From NCBI GenBank assembly GCA_045863235.1, contig BTUM01000001.1, positions 192,001 to 256,000 of the forward strand: 64,000 bases of DNA. The letters are read 5' to 3'. Under the pieces are notes generated by a model. The model saw only the letters and a program-made list of their open reading frames with translations. It was not told the origin of the DNA and did no database searches. The number at the start of each line of letters is the position of its first letter. The first letter of the stretch is position 1. Shown here piece by piece: positions 52,632 to 63,900 of this stretch. Source of the DNA: Candidatus Xenobia bacterium (GTDB lineage: Bacteria; Vulcanimicrobiota; Xenobia; Xenobiales; QWHO01). Position numbers and translations under genes: made by a program.

Positions 52632-54164
52632 TTAGTAAGCCACCGAGAACAGCACCTGCTCGCTGGTCTCCTCCCCGGTCACCACGCATTTGCCGCTGCC
52701 CGACTGGGCGAAGGGGATGACCCGTACGGTGCCCTTGGTCTCTTCCTTGATGCGGGCCTCCACCTCGCGGCTCTCCTTGAACCAGCAGCGCACGAAGCCC
52801 TTGCGCTCTTGCAGGGCGGCCTTCAGTTCGTCGTAGCTGGCGGCCTCGACGGTGTTCTGCTCGCGGTGGGCCAGGGCCCGGTCGAGCATGGCCTGCTGCA
52901 CCCGGGTCACTTCGCCCTGAAGCCAGGCGGCCGTGGCCTGATTCAGGTCGAAGAAATTCTTGGCCCCGTCAAAGCGGGTCTTGAGCACGAACGAGCTCTT
53001 GTCCACGTCCCGGGGACCGATCTCGAAGCGGAAGGGAACGCCCCGCTGCTCCCAGTGGAAGTGCTTCTCCACCGCCCGCATGTCGCGCAGGTCGAGCACC
53101 ACCTTCTGCTGGGCCCGCTCGTCGCAGAACACCGAGACCAGCTCGCGACCGTGATCGCGCTTGAGGGCCGCGTCCAGGCGCTCCTGGCCGCACACCCGGG
53201 CGATCAGCTGGTGGCAGAAGGCGACCACCTTCTCCTTCTCTTCGTCGTTCTTGTAGATGGGCACCACCGCGCCCAGAGTGGGGGCCACCCGGGGAGGCAG
53301 GATCAACCCTTCGTCATCCGAGTGCGTCATGATGAGCGCTCCGATGAGCCGGGTGCTCATGCCCCAGGAAGTGGTCCAGCAGTAGGAGAGCTGGTTGTCG
53401 CGCCCGAGGTACTTCATCTCGAAGGCCTTGGAGAAGTTCTGGCCCAGGTTATGGGAGGTGCCCGCCTGCAGGGCCTTGTTGTCTTGCATCAGGGCTTCCA
53501 CGCAGTAGGTGGTGACCGCCCCCGGAAACTTCTCCGATTCGGTCTTGCGGCCCTTGATGACGGGGATGGCCAGGAATTCGTGGGCGAAGTCGGAGTAGAC
53601 GTCCAGCATCCGGAGCGTCTCTTCCTCGGCCTCCTGAGCCGTCTCATGGGCGGTGTGCCCTTCCTGCCAGAGAAATTCTGCCGTGCGCAGGAACAATCGG
53701 GTGCGCATCTCCCAGCGCATCACGTTGGCCCACTGGTTGAGCAGCATGGGCAGGTCGCGGTAGCTCTGGATCCACTGGGCGTACATGTGGCCAAATAGGG
53801 TCTCGGAGGTGGGCCGGATGATCAGCGGCTCGGGCAGGGCTCCGGTGGGCTCGAGCCCGTTGTCCCCCTTTTGAAGCCCTCCATGGGTGACCACGGCGCA
53901 CTCCATGGCGAAGCCCTCGACGTGGTCGGCCTCCTTTTGCAGGAAGCTCACGGGAATCAGCACCGGGAAGTAAGCGTTGACGTGGCCCGTCTCCTTGAAG
54001 CGGAAGTCGAGGTCGCGCTGGATGGCCTCCCAGAGCGCGTAGCCGTTGGGGCGGATCACCATGCAGCCTCGCACGGGAGAATAGTCGGCCAGCTCAGCCG
54101 CCTTGATGACGTCGAGATACCATTCAGGGTAGTCCTTGGCGCGGGGGGTGATGTTGCGAGCCAC
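52632..54164 (-). CDS. proS: Proline--tRNA ligase (archaeal/eukaryotic type)
   Basis: VRGCMVIRP, RPTSE, QWANVMRWE, GTSHNLGQNFS, C-terminal AY. Confidence 0.97.
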   Translation of the reverse strand: MARNITPRAKDYPEWYLDVIKAAELADYSPVRGCMVIRPNGYALWEAIQRDLDFRFKETGHVNAYFPVLIPVSFLQKEADHVEGFAMECAVVTHGGLQKGDNGLEPTGALPEPLIIRPTSETLFGHMYAQWIQSYRDLPMLLNQWANVMRWEMRTRLFLRTAEFLWQEGHTAHETAQEAEEETLRMLDVYSDFAHEFLAIPVIKGRKTESEKFPGAVTTYCVEALMQDNKALQAGTSHNLGQNFSKAFEMKYLGRDNQLSYCWTTSWGMSTRLIGALIMTHSDDEGLILPPRVAPTLGAVVPIYKNDEEKEKVVAFCHQLIARVCGQERLDAALKRDHGRELVSVFCDERAQQKVVLDLRDMRAVEKHFHWEQRGVPFRFEIGPRDVDKSSFVLKTRFDGAKNFFDLNQATAAWLQGEVTRVQQAMLDRALAHREQNTVEAASYDELKAALQERKGFVRCWFKESREVEARIKEETKGTVRVIPFAQSGSGKCVVTGEETSEQVLFSVAY

Positions 54165-54962
54165 TCAGGATCCTCGTTTCTGCAGGTGGGTGCGCACTTC
54201 CCAGAGATACGGGAAGCAGCGTTTGGAGAGGGTCGTCTCCAGGTAGCGAACCCCGGCCGAGCCTCCGGTGCCCCGTCGAAAGCCGATCACCCGCTCCACC
54301 ATCAGGACGTGGGTGTGGCGCCACTGGGCCAGGGCCTCGTCGAAGTCCATCATCGCTTCGCTGAGAAGGTACATCCTCAGGTTGCCGTCAGGGTGTTCGT
54401 AGAGTCGCACCAGGGCTTCCTGCAAACCTTCGCCGTCTTGCGCCAGGGAGCGCATGAGCAGGTCCTGGAAGGCCTGGTTGAGGTCGCGCTGCTCCATGCG
54501 ACGCTCGAGGATCTCACGAAACTCGGGGCGGTTCTTGAAGACCTCGAGGTACTGGGGGTCTTTCAAGCCGGCCATGGATTCGATCTCTCGAAATTGGATG
54601 GATTGAAAGCCGCTGGCCGGGTTGAGCCGGTCGCGAAAGAGCAGGAACTCGGCCGTGGCCATGGTCTCGATGATGCCGATCTGCTGCACGAGCAGGCGCA
54701 TGATCTTGCCGACCCGGGCCAGGTGGTGCTGGGCGCGCAACACGCGATCCACATCCATGGCTCGAATGGCCGATTCCATCTCGTGCAAGAGCTGCTTGAA
54801 CCAGAGCTCGAAGGCCTGGTGGATAATGATGAAGAGCAACTCGTCGTGGGCCGGCGGGTCGGCCCGGGGAGTCTGCAGCTCGAGCAGCTCGGGAATGCGG
54901 AGATAATCCTGGTAGGTGAGCTCGTTGGTTGCCAGGACGGGGGGGGCGTGAGGCTCTGCCAT
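54165..54962 (-). CDS. kynA: Tryptophan 2,3-dioxygenase
   Basis: Y.DYL, HDELLFIIIHQ, ASGFQS.QFR, GTGGS.G. Confidence 0.95.
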   Translation of the reverse strand: MAEPHAPPVLATNELTYQDYLRIPELLELQTPRADPPAHDELLFIIIHQAFELWFKQLLHEMESAIRAMDVDRVLRAQHHLARVGKIMRLLVQQIGIIETMATAEFLLFRDRLNPASGFQSIQFREIESMAGLKDPQYLEVFKNRPEFREILERRMEQRDLNQAFQDLLMRSLAQDGEGLQEALVRLYEHPDGNLRMYLLSEAMMDFDEALAQWRHTHVLMVERVIGFRRGTGGSAGVRYLETTLSKRCFPYLWEVRTHLQKRGS

Positions 54963-54999
54963 AGCGCGGGTGCTGTTCTGGTCTTCAGGGTGAATCCCT

Positions 55000-55512
55000 T
55001 CACAGGTAGGGGTTGGGAGCCACCACCCGGTTGTAGATCTGAAAGCCCACTTTCTGGTAGACGGGCAGGGCGCTGGGGTGGTCGAGGCTGCAGGTGTGGA
55101 CCCACAGTCGCCTCAGTCCGGGCCGCCAGGCCTGGCGCACGGTCCAGTCCAGGAACCAGATTCCCAGGCCGTGGCCGATGAACTCGGGGAAAAGTCCAAA
55201 GTACTCCAACTTGGCCTGACCGCGCTGGCTGAAGTTCAGCTCGCTGTAGCCGGCCGGCGTGCCCCTGCTGTAGAGCACGTAGATCTCCACGCCCGGCGAC
55301 CGAATCGCGGCCAGAAGCTCGGGATCGGCCAGCTTGCGCCGGTCGTGCCATTGCCACGCCCCGCCGACTCCCTGGTAGAGGTAGCGATAGAAGGCAGCTG
55401 TCGGCTGCTCGCAGCGCATGACGAGCGTCGCTGGCGGCGCCTCGCGCGGGCTCGAGCGCGGCGGCGCCAGCATCTCCAGGTAGGTGGTGGTGACCTCGGC
55501 AGGCTGCGACAT
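55000..55512 (-). CDS. GNAT N-acetyltransferase
   Basis: YFGL.PEFIG.GLG, HTCSLDHP.A...Y. Confidence 0.88.
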   Translation of the reverse strand: MSQPAEVTTTYLEMLAPPRSSPREAPPATLVMRCEQPTAAFYRYLYQGVGGAWQWHDRRKLADPELLAAIRSPGVEIYVLYSRGTPAGYSELNFSQRGQAKLEYFGLFPEFIGHGLGIWFLDWTVRQAWRPGLRRLWVHTCSLDHPSALPVYQKVGFQIYNRVVAPNPYL

Positions 55513-55637
55513 GGCCAGGATCAGTATACACCCGGCGGCAGGCGATGAGTTCTGTTTCATGGATTAACATCCTGGCAATAATCCTGTTACAAAGCTTTAA
55601 CCTGGAGCACCGGGACTCGGGCCAGGAGCGCGGTAAC

Positions 55638-56093
55638 ATGACCATGCAGGAGGCTTTGATGCACGAATTCTCTGATCGAAAGCCGCGCCGACGGCGCCAC
55701 CCGCGGGTCGAATCTTCGGTCCCTCTCTTTTTTCAGGGAAAGCAGGCCTCAGGCCGCAGTCATACTTGCGACCTCAGCCTTACAGGGGCACGCCTGATCG
55801 TCTATGGCGAGGTGGAGCCCGACGAGGAGATTCAGGTGACTTTGAACCTGGCTGACCATGCCAGCGTCACTTTGACCGCCCGGGCGGTGTGGCGCGAGCA
55901 GAACGGCACGGTCAACACGGTTGGAGTGGAGTTCATCAATACCGGGGTGGGAGGGCGCGCCGCCCTGACTCAGTTCCTGGCTCAAAGAACCCCGCCCGAG
56001 CAGGAGCCCGTCTCGCCCCCCTGGGCCCACCGCGATCACTGGTTGACAGGCACCGGAAGTTGTGGGGGGCCCAAAGGGGCCGCTCTCAACTGA
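55638..56093 (+). CDS. PilZ-domain protein
   Basis: RRRHPR, DLSLTG, GVEF. Confidence 0.85.
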   Translation: MTMQEALMHEFSDRKPRRRRHPRVESSVPLFFQGKQASGRSHTCDLSLTGARLIVYGEVEPDEEIQVTLNLADHASVTLTARAVWREQNGTVNTVGVEFINTGVGGRAALTQFLAQRTPPEQEPVSPPWAHRDHWLTGTGSCGGPKGAALN

Positions 56094-57552
56094 GGTCGAG
56101 CACCGAGTTCAAGTTCCCGAATGCGTCCGGCTCTCTGCGCAAGTTGGCCGGGTCTGGCAGCCATCTCCCATCCACGACCAGCTTGTAGCGGAAGGGGCCC
56201 TTGCCCGCGAACTGAATCCGGCAGCGCCAGATATCCTCGGCGATCTTTGCGTAGGGGTTGCGGGTATACTGCCAGTCGTTGAACTCACCGGCCAGGAACA
56301 CTTCTCGCGCCTGCGGGTTCTGGTAGGTGAAGACCAGCTCTCGCCCTTCCACCCGGGGAGCCTGGTGGGCGGGTGCCTCGGGCTGGTGGGCGTGGCGCGC
56401 CAGGGTTACCGCCCGGCGTGCGTTGACGACCCCGAAGCCCTGCATCAGGTTGGGCGTCCCGGCGATCCGATCGGCGGTGGAGATCAGAATGTGCCGGATC
56501 GCTGCCGGAGAGAGGCTGGGATTGACCTGGAGCATCTGGGCGATGATCGAGCTGACGATGGGGGCCGCGAACGAGGTCCCGTCCACGTGCCGATAATGGG
56601 GGTTGACGAACTTCTCCTGCTCGGCCAGTTGCTCGAGGGCGGCCCGAATCTCTCGGGGGGACAGGCCGCTGAGCCAGGACGGGAGCTCGGCCTGTTGGCG
56701 CAGGTTCTCCACCAGTCGCGGCAAGCTCTGGTCGTTGGCCCGGGCTAACCGAAAGACCGCGTCCGAGCGCCGATCGACCGGCATGCCCGGCAGAATCGGC
56801 GCGGCCACGTAGGCGGCCGGGCCGATGACCTCCGGCTTGATGAAACCATCGGCGTCGATGCCGTAGTGGTGGGCGTAGATCTCGATCCCTTCCTCGTCGG
56901 GCTGGCCCAGGTCGCTATATCCTCCTACGGTAAGCACGCCGGGGCTGTTGCAAGGAGGCACGTTGCTGTGGCTGTCGGGCTCGAAGGCATTGCCAGCTGC
57001 AGCCACCACCGCGATCCCTTGCCGGAAGCACTCCTCGGCAGCCTGCTCGACCGGATCATGCTGGTAGGCAACGTCATCTCCGTCTCCGAGCGAGATGTTC
57101 AGGACCCTGATGTTGTAACGCTCGCGGTTGGCCAGAACCCACTCCAGGCCTCGCAGGATGTCGTCTTCCGCCACGTCCACTTTGATCAGCACCAGCTCGG
57201 CTTCCGGGGCGATGGAACGGTAGATGCCCCCTGACAGGTAGCCATTGCCGGCCGCCACGACGGTCGTCATGGTGCCGTGCCACTGATCCGAGCCCCGGGG
57301 ATCCAGGGGGGCGTTCTCTCCGGTCAGGTCCACGTAGCTCAGAATGCGGTTGCGGGCTCGAGTGAGATCGGGATGGCTGGAGAAACCCGTGTCCAGGAAG
57401 GCGATGGTGACTCCCTTGCCGGTCAGGTCGGGGTCGGCATGCTCGCGCAGGGGGGTGGGCAGCACCCCGAAACGGCTGGTGAATCGGTCCGGGCGGCGAT
57501 GACGTAACAAGTCTTCCTCCTTCAGGAGCGGAGCCGGAACCCCCCCTGACAC
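56086..57552 (-). CDS. S8 subtilase with C-terminal AMPK/isoamylase-type carbohydrate-binding module
   Basis: LDTG, HGT, GTSFAAP; V.LAGEFNDW, YK..VDG.W..DP.N; start approximate. Confidence 0.85.
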   Translation of the reverse strand: MSGGVPAPLLKEEDLLRHRRPDRFTSRFGVLPTPLREHADPDLTGKGVTIAFLDTGFSSHPDLTRARNRILSYVDLTGENAPLDPRGSDQWHGTMTTVVAAGNGYLSGGIYRSIAPEAELVLIKVDVAEDDILRGLEWVLANRERYNIRVLNISLGDGDDVAYQHDPVEQAAEECFRQGIAVVAAAGNAFEPDSHSNVPPCNSPGVLTVGGYSDLGQPDEEGIEIYAHHYGIDADGFIKPEVIGPAAYVAAPILPGMPVDRRSDAVFRLARANDQSLPRLVENLRQQAELPSWLSGLSPREIRAALEQLAEQEKFVNPHYRHVDGTSFAAPIVSSIIAQMLQVNPSLSPAAIRHILISTADRIAGTPNLMQGFGVVNARRAVTLARHAHQPEAPAHQAPRVEGRELVFTYQNPQAREVFLAGEFNDWQYTRNPYAKIAEDIWRCRIQFAGKGPFRYKLVVDGRWLPDPANLRREPDAFGNLNSVLDLS

Positions 57553-57696
57553 GGTTTTCCGGCTGCGCGACGCCCCGACATTTTGTGCCGGGCTCCTGGC
57601 GCTGCGGCCATTTCTGCCCGGTCGCGTCGGATTCCTCGGGAGGAGCCGCGAAAAGGCAGCGAGAATCCCGTGCTTCTCACGGTGCCGCGTAGCTGA

Positions 57697-60600
57697 ATGT
57701 CCTCCGGATACTATCAAAAACCAACTCTGCACGAAGACAGCGTCGTCTTCGTTTCTGAAGATGACCTCTGGTCGGTTCCGATCAAGGGAGGCGTGGCCCG
57801 CCGCCTGACCGCCAACCCGGGGCGTTCCTCCGAGCCGCATTTCTCGCCCGACGGCGCTTACCTGGCCTTCACCAATCGCGATGAGGGCCATCCCGAGGTG
57901 CACCTGATGGATGCGCGCGGGGGGGAGAGCCGCCGACTCACCTACCTGGGGGCCGATACGGTCGTGGTGGGCTGGAGCGGGGAGCACGTCTACTTCGCCA
58001 CCAATCGGGCTCTGCCGTTTCGCCGCATGTACGCGCTCGGGCGGGTTCACATTCATGGAGGACTGCCCGAGATCATGCCCTGGGGCCCCGCCAACGCGGT
58101 GGCCTTCGGACCCCGGGGGCAGGTGGTGGTGGGCCGACACACCTGGGACCCGGCCCGCTGGAAGCGCTACCGCGGTGGCACCGTAGGGCAACTCTGGATC
58201 GCCGATGCGGAAGAGGCTCCCTTTCGCAGCCTGATCCAGCTCGACGGCAACGTCACCCGACCGGTCTGGGTGGGGGAGCGCGTCTACTTTGGCTCTGACC
58301 ACGAGGGGGTTTGCAACCTCTACAGCTGCCGCCCCAACGGGCGCGATCTTCGCCGTCACACCGATCTCGAGTCCTACTACCTGCGCCATCCGGCCACGGA
58401 CGGGCGGCGCATCGTGTACCAGGCCGGGGCCGACCTTCATCTTTACGACCCGGCGAGCGACAAGAGCCGCAAGATCCCGATCGAGTACCGCAGCCCCCGT
58501 CCCCATCGCCAGCGGCGCTTCGTCAACCCTTACACCTACCTGGAGGATTCCGAGCTGCACCCGAAGGGCACCGGCATTCTCGCGGTGGTGCGCGGTCGGC
58601 CTTTTGCCTTCGCCCACTGGGAGGAAGGCGTCATCCAACTCGGCGAGCGGGACGGCGTTCGCTATCGCCTGTCCCGCTGGCTCAACGACTGCGAGCGCAT
58701 CCTCACCATCTCGGATCGGGGCGGCGAGGAGCACCTCGAGCTGCACTGGTTGGACGGGCGCAAACCGCCCGAGGCCCTCGCGCCTGACTTTGATCTGGGC
58801 CGGGCCCTCACGATGGAGATCTCGCCCACCCGCGATCAGGCTTTCCTCACCAACCATCGTCACGAGCTGTTGCTGGCCGACCTGAAGGAGAAGACCGTGC
58901 GCGTTCTGGACCGGTCACCCTATGACCGGATCCACGGCGCTTGCTGGTCTCCCAGTGGGCTGTCCATCGCTTACAGCTTCACCACCAGCCTGCATGTGAG
59001 CCAGCTCCGGCTCTACCTTTTGAACGAGGACCGCTGGTACGAGCTGACCCGCCCCCAGTTTCGCGACGTGGCCCCCAACTTCGATCCCGAAGGGCGTTAC
59101 CTGTACTTCCTGTCATACCGGGAGTTTGATCCCGTCTACGACAACCACTACTTCGACGCCGGCTTCCCCAAGGGGATGCGCCCTTACTGCATCACCATGC
59201 GCGCCGACCTTCCCTCGCCCTTTCTGGCCGAGCCCCGGGCTCCGGGCGAGAACGGCAAGTCCGGCAAGTCCAAGGACGAGAACGGCGAGGACAAGAAGAA
59301 GCGAAAGAAGGACGAGCCCGAGCCGCTCCCGGTCGACCTGGAGGGCATTCAAGACCGGGTGATCGCTTTGCCGGTTACCGAAGGCATCTATGGCCGGGTG
59401 GTGGGCCTGTCGGATCAGATCCTGTTCACCTCCTTCCCGGTGGAGGGCAGCCTGGGCAGCCACTGGTCCAACTCGCGCGAGCCCGCCGCCCGGGGCACCC
59501 TCTGGTCGTACGAGTTCAAGAGCCAGGAAACCAAGGAGCTGGCCACCAAGGTCACCGACTTCAAGCTCTCGCGCGATCGCAAGACCCTGGCCTACCGCTC
59601 GGGCTGGCGCCTGCGGGTGTTGCAGGCCGGCAAGAAGGCCGAAAGCACCGACACCACTCCCAGCCGCAAGACGGGCTGGCTGGCCCTCAGCCGGGTGCGC
59701 GTCTCGGTGAACCCGGTGCTGGAGTGGCGCCAGATGTTCCGCGAAGCCTGGCGCTTGATGCGCGAGCACTTCTGGACGGCCGACCTGTCGGGCGTGGACT
59801 GGGACGGCGTCTACCAGGAGTATCTGCCTCTGCTCAAGCGGATCAGCACCCGCAGCGAGCTGAGCGATCTGCTCTGGGAGATGCAGGGCGAGCTGGGCAC
59901 CTCCCACGCCTACGAGATGGGCGGCGACTATCCCAGCGAGCCCGGCTATCACATCGGCCACCTCGGAGCCGACCTTCGCTGGGATGACAAGCGCCAGGCC
60001 TATCGCGTCGACCACGTCTTGCGGGGCGACTCGTGGGACCCGACGCAGGACTCCCCGCTCAATCGGGTGGGGCTGGACATTCGCAAAGGCGACTTCCTGC
60101 TGGCCATCGACGGAGTGCCGCTCACGCGCCAGCTGACCCCCGAGCAGCTGCTGGTCAACCAGGCCGGCATGGAGGTGCAGCTCACCCTGCGCCGGGGCCG
60201 CTCCAAGCCCCGCCGGGTCTTCGTCAAGACGCTGCGCGACGAGACTCTGGCCCGCTACCGCGAATGGGTGGAGACCAATCGGAACAAGGTCCACCAGGCC
60301 AGCGGCGGGCGGGTGGGTTACATCCATATCCCCAACATGGGCCCCTGGGGGTTCTCCGAATTTCACCGCAGCTATTTCAGCGAGGTCGACCGCGAGGGGC
60401 TGGTGGTGGATGTGCGCTACAACGGGGGCGGCAACGTCTCGCAGATGCTGCTCGAGAAGCTGAGCCGGCGCCGCATTGGCTACGACTTCCAGCGCTGGGG
60501 CCAACCGGCTCCCTACCCGGCCGATTCACCCGGAGGGCCGCTGGTGGCCATCACCAACGAGCTGGCTGGCTCGGACGGAGACATCTTCAGCCACTGCTTC

Positions 60601-60933
60601 AAGCTGCTCAAGCTGGGCCCGCTGGTGGGTAAGCGCACCTGGGGAGGCGTCATCGGCATCTGGCCTCGCCATCGCCTGGTGGACGGCACCATCACCACCC
60701 AGCCCGAGTTCGCCTTCTGGTTCGAAGATGTGGGCTGGGCGCTGGAGAACTACGGCACCGACCCCGATGTGGAGGTGGAGCTGACCCCCCAGGACTGGGC
60801 CCGGGGGCGCGATCCTCAGCTGGACAAAGCTCTGGAGCTGATCCTGCAGGCTCTGGAGCGGCAGCCTCCCGCCCATCCAGGTGACCCCCCGCGTCCGCTG
60901 CGCACCCGGCCGCGGTTGCCGCGGAGGAAGTAG
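57697..60933 (+). CDS. Tricorn protease (S41)
   Basis: EDDLW, WKRYRGG, GELGTSH, PDZ, DVRYNGGG, GSDGD, RTWGG. Confidence 0.95.
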   Translation: MSSGYYQKPTLHEDSVVFVSEDDLWSVPIKGGVARRLTANPGRSSEPHFSPDGAYLAFTNRDEGHPEVHLMDARGGESRRLTYLGADTVVVGWSGEHVYFATNRALPFRRMYALGRVHIHGGLPEIMPWGPANAVAFGPRGQVVVGRHTWDPARWKRYRGGTVGQLWIADAEEAPFRSLIQLDGNVTRPVWVGERVYFGSDHEGVCNLYSCRPNGRDLRRHTDLESYYLRHPATDGRRIVYQAGADLHLYDPASDKSRKIPIEYRSPRPHRQRRFVNPYTYLEDSELHPKGTGILAVVRGRPFAFAHWEEGVIQLGERDGVRYRLSRWLNDCERILTISDRGGEEHLELHWLDGRKPPEALAPDFDLGRALTMEISPTRDQAFLTNHRHELLLADLKEKTVRVLDRSPYDRIHGACWSPSGLSIAYSFTTSLHVSQLRLYLLNEDRWYELTRPQFRDVAPNFDPEGRYLYFLSYREFDPVYDNHYFDAGFPKGMRPYCITMRADLPSPFLAEPRAPGENGKSGKSKDENGEDKKKRKKDEPEPLPVDLEGIQDRVIALPVTEGIYGRVVGLSDQILFTSFPVEGSLGSHWSNSREPAARGTLWSYEFKSQETKELATKVTDFKLSRDRKTLAYRSGWRLRVLQAGKKAESTDTTPSRKTGWLALSRVRVSVNPVLEWRQMFREAWRLMREHFWTADLSGVDWDGVYQEYLPLLKRISTRSELSDLLWEMQGELGTSHAYEMGGDYPSEPGYHIGHLGADLRWDDKRQAYRVDHVLRGDSWDPTQDSPLNRVGLDIRKGDFLLAIDGVPLTRQLTPEQLLVNQAGMEVQLTLRRGRSKPRRVFVKTLRDETLARYREWVETNRNKVHQASGGRVGYIHIPNMGPWGFSEFHRSYFSEVDREGLVVDVRYNGGGNVSQMLLEKLSRRRIGYDFQRWGQPAPYPADSPGGPLVAITNELAGSDGDIFSHCFKLLKLGPLVGKRTWGGVIGIWPRHRLVDGTITTQPEFAFWFEDVGWALENYGTDPDVEVELTPQDWARGRDPQLDKALELILQALERQPPAHPGDPPRPLRTRPRLPRRK

Positions 60934-60963
60934 GAGCCGCCCGGGCTATTATCTCCCAGAGCC

Positions 60964-63900
60964 TTATTTCGGGAGCGGCAGGTGGGTGATTTTTGTCGTA
61001 ACCAGGCCACCCGACTGGCCATCGGAGTAGCTGGCCTGCACCTCGAAGATGGCGACCTGTCCTCCCGGTGGATCCGACTCCGCGGTCACGACCCCGGTGC
61101 GGCTGATGCTGACCGAGGTATCCTGTCTGGCCACGTCGTTCACCGGGGACAGTTTCCAGGTGATGAAAGGCTGGGCGGCCGGATCGAGCGCGAGGTTGTG
61201 ATAACTGAACAGGGGGGGCCTTCGCGAGCCTGACAAGTTGAACGAGTTGACGTGCACGGCGCAGAGCTCGAGCTCGAGCCGGGCCGTTTGGCGGGCGTTG
61301 GCCGGGCCCGGACCATAGATCTTGCCGCCATAGGGGCGAAGGATCTGGATGTCCACGCCATTGAGAAACTTCGGAAGGGTGGCTCTCGGAGGGGCAGGCG
61401 GCCCCCCTCCGGCAATGGGCGGGTCGGTCACGGACGCATCCAGGACCACGTCGATGGTATCTCGATAGACCATCTGGACCCCGTCCAGGTTGGTCGTGAT
61501 CACCGCGGTCAGCGTTCCTTGGGTCGCGCCCCCGGACAGCAGCGAAGTGGCGGTCACGCTGAACTCCCCGTTCCCGAGCGGCACGACGCGGATGGCATTG
61601 TCGCTGGGGAACCAGCGGACATCATCGCTGGCGCTCGCGTTGGCCAGGGGGATGGTCTCGGCGGCATTTCTCGCGGGCACATCGACGTTCAAGTCTTCGA
61701 AATTGGCGTCCGTGGAGACAGCCGGATCGCCCCCTTTGGCCCGCATCGAAATTCTGTGCCGGCGGGCTACCTGCACGAAGAGGCTGGTCCCCTGGCTCTT
61801 CTTGACGACGATTCTGCGAGGATAGATCTGCAGCCCGGACACATGAGGCTCGCTGTCAGCCCAGAGCCAGTCAAGACTTACCTTGCTCGCCTTGTCACCC
61901 GGAGTGAAATCGGCCGTCAGGGTCGCTCCATCGGGGTGAATCAAGGTTGGCCGCAGGGTGGCGCCGAGCTTGGGGGTGGGCTGTCCCTGCCCGGTCGAGC
62001 GACGCAGGATGGTCCCGGACCGCAGCAACGGCTCGGATTGCCCCGGATTTCCCTGCATGGCGGTTCTTCGCGAGTGGCTGACCCCGACCAGCTCGGTCGA
62101 GGAGTTCCAGCGGACCAGATGGGAGACATCGACATACTGCTGTCCGACCAGGGCCACCGCCTTCACTCCCGAGAGCCCGCTGGCCTTGTCGGCGTTGTTG
62201 GGCAAGATCTGCATTGAGCCGCCGCTCTTGCGGGCCAACAACTGCACCGACGGAACGAAGTTCTTGGGCACTTCCGCCACCAGCATGAAGGGCTCGGAGC
62301 GCCCGCTGACCTTCCACTTGTTCGCGCGGTCTCTCGAATCGTAGGCCCCCGGGAACTCTCCCGGGCTGTAGGTGCGAGTACGATTGTCGAAGTTGCTTTT
62401 GTAGCTGACGGGAAAGAACGCATAGTAGCGCGCCAGACGGGTGGGCTCTCCGGCCACGACCGTATTGTCGTCATCCTCGGTGGCCACGTAGCCGCCCTCA
62501 AAATCGAAGTTGTGGCGAGACTGCCAGTCCCTGCGGTCGAGCGAGCCGAAGGTTGCCTTCAGGTCCTTGATGCGGGCAAGTCTCCAGGCGTACACGCCGG
62601 AGTAACGGAAGTTGGTGGCGAACGAGGTGGCCTGGTCGAAGGTCATCGGGCCCTGCACCTGGGTGTAGTAGAGCAGGTTCTGGCTCTTGTCGTAGACCAG
62701 GTTGGGACCGGGTAACTCGGGGATCATGGCGTCGATCTCGTTGAGCTGAGCGTCCATCTCATCGAGCAGGGCCACGAGCTGCACCTGAACCGGTTGCGTC
62801 GTGTCGGCCGTGGCCAGCTCGAGCAGGACGTCGCCCAGGTTGAAGAGCCGGAGGGCATGGAACTCGGCGAAGGCATTCAGAGATTCCTGAATCGGCCAGG
62901 AGTAAACCGTTTCATCCCCATTCAGGAGCTTGTAGTAGGTGGTCAGAACGCCATCGCCTGACACTCCGACCAGGATGTCGAAGTAATCCTTGTGCATGGT
63001 CCGCAGGGTGACCTGGTCTCCGAAGACGCCCTCCACCTTGCCGCCCTGGCGAAGCGTCTTGAGAGCGGCCTGGATGCTATCGATGCGGTTCCCATACTGC
63101 TGCAGGGTCAGCGAGCCGCCTGCGAGCCGGCTCTCCAGTTGCTGCTGTTTGACCAGAGCCTCCACGTCCTTGAGGATTGTGTGGATATGGTCGCCTGTGT
63201 GAGTGTAGAGCGAGGCCGCGAGGCTGTAGATGGCAGCCGCCCCGGCCAGAATATCGAATGCGTTGAAAACCCACGCTTTGCAGTCCCAGGCCCTCAGCTC
63301 TTTGAGGTACTTCTGGCCCTCAGCACCCTCAAAGCGCAGGACCTTCGCGTGGGCATCGATCTCATTGAGAATGGCGGTGTGGCTGGTCAGGGTCTTGTTG
63401 ATGCCCCTGGCTTCCGTTCGGATCTCTTTTGAGATAACCAGGTTGTCTTTACTGGTTTTCAAGATTTCGGCGATTTCTTTCTCTGCTTGAATCGATTCGG
63501 CCGTCGTGCGGGGAGTGATTCCGGCCCGGGCCTGCGGGCCATCACCCGGGCCGTCGCCAGCAAGATTCAGGGTCATGCCCTCGTCGATAAAGGCCACGAA
63601 GTCCGTCACGCCCTCCCCGGGCGTTCCGGAAACCGAGGAGAACCCGCCGTGAGCGCGGACGAACTGCCGGTAGGTCAGGGAGGAGAACTCGTCTCCCTCC
63701 CAATCGACGTCGGCATGGGGATTGAACGAGGGGGGTAATTCCAGGAAACTGCCCACCCTTCGAGCGGACTCAACCAGGTCGACGTCGGGATGGGCATCGT
63801 GGTAGGCCGCGATCAGGTCCGTCAGGGGATTGGTGGAGACCAGAGCCCCGTCCCAGCCCACCACCTGGCTGCGCATGATCTCCGTCACTCCGCTCGAGGT

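Noticed and set aside
57553..58863. N-terminal extension making the S8 peptidase 925 aa
   Set aside because: Extension is antisense to tricorn; the real start is near 57552
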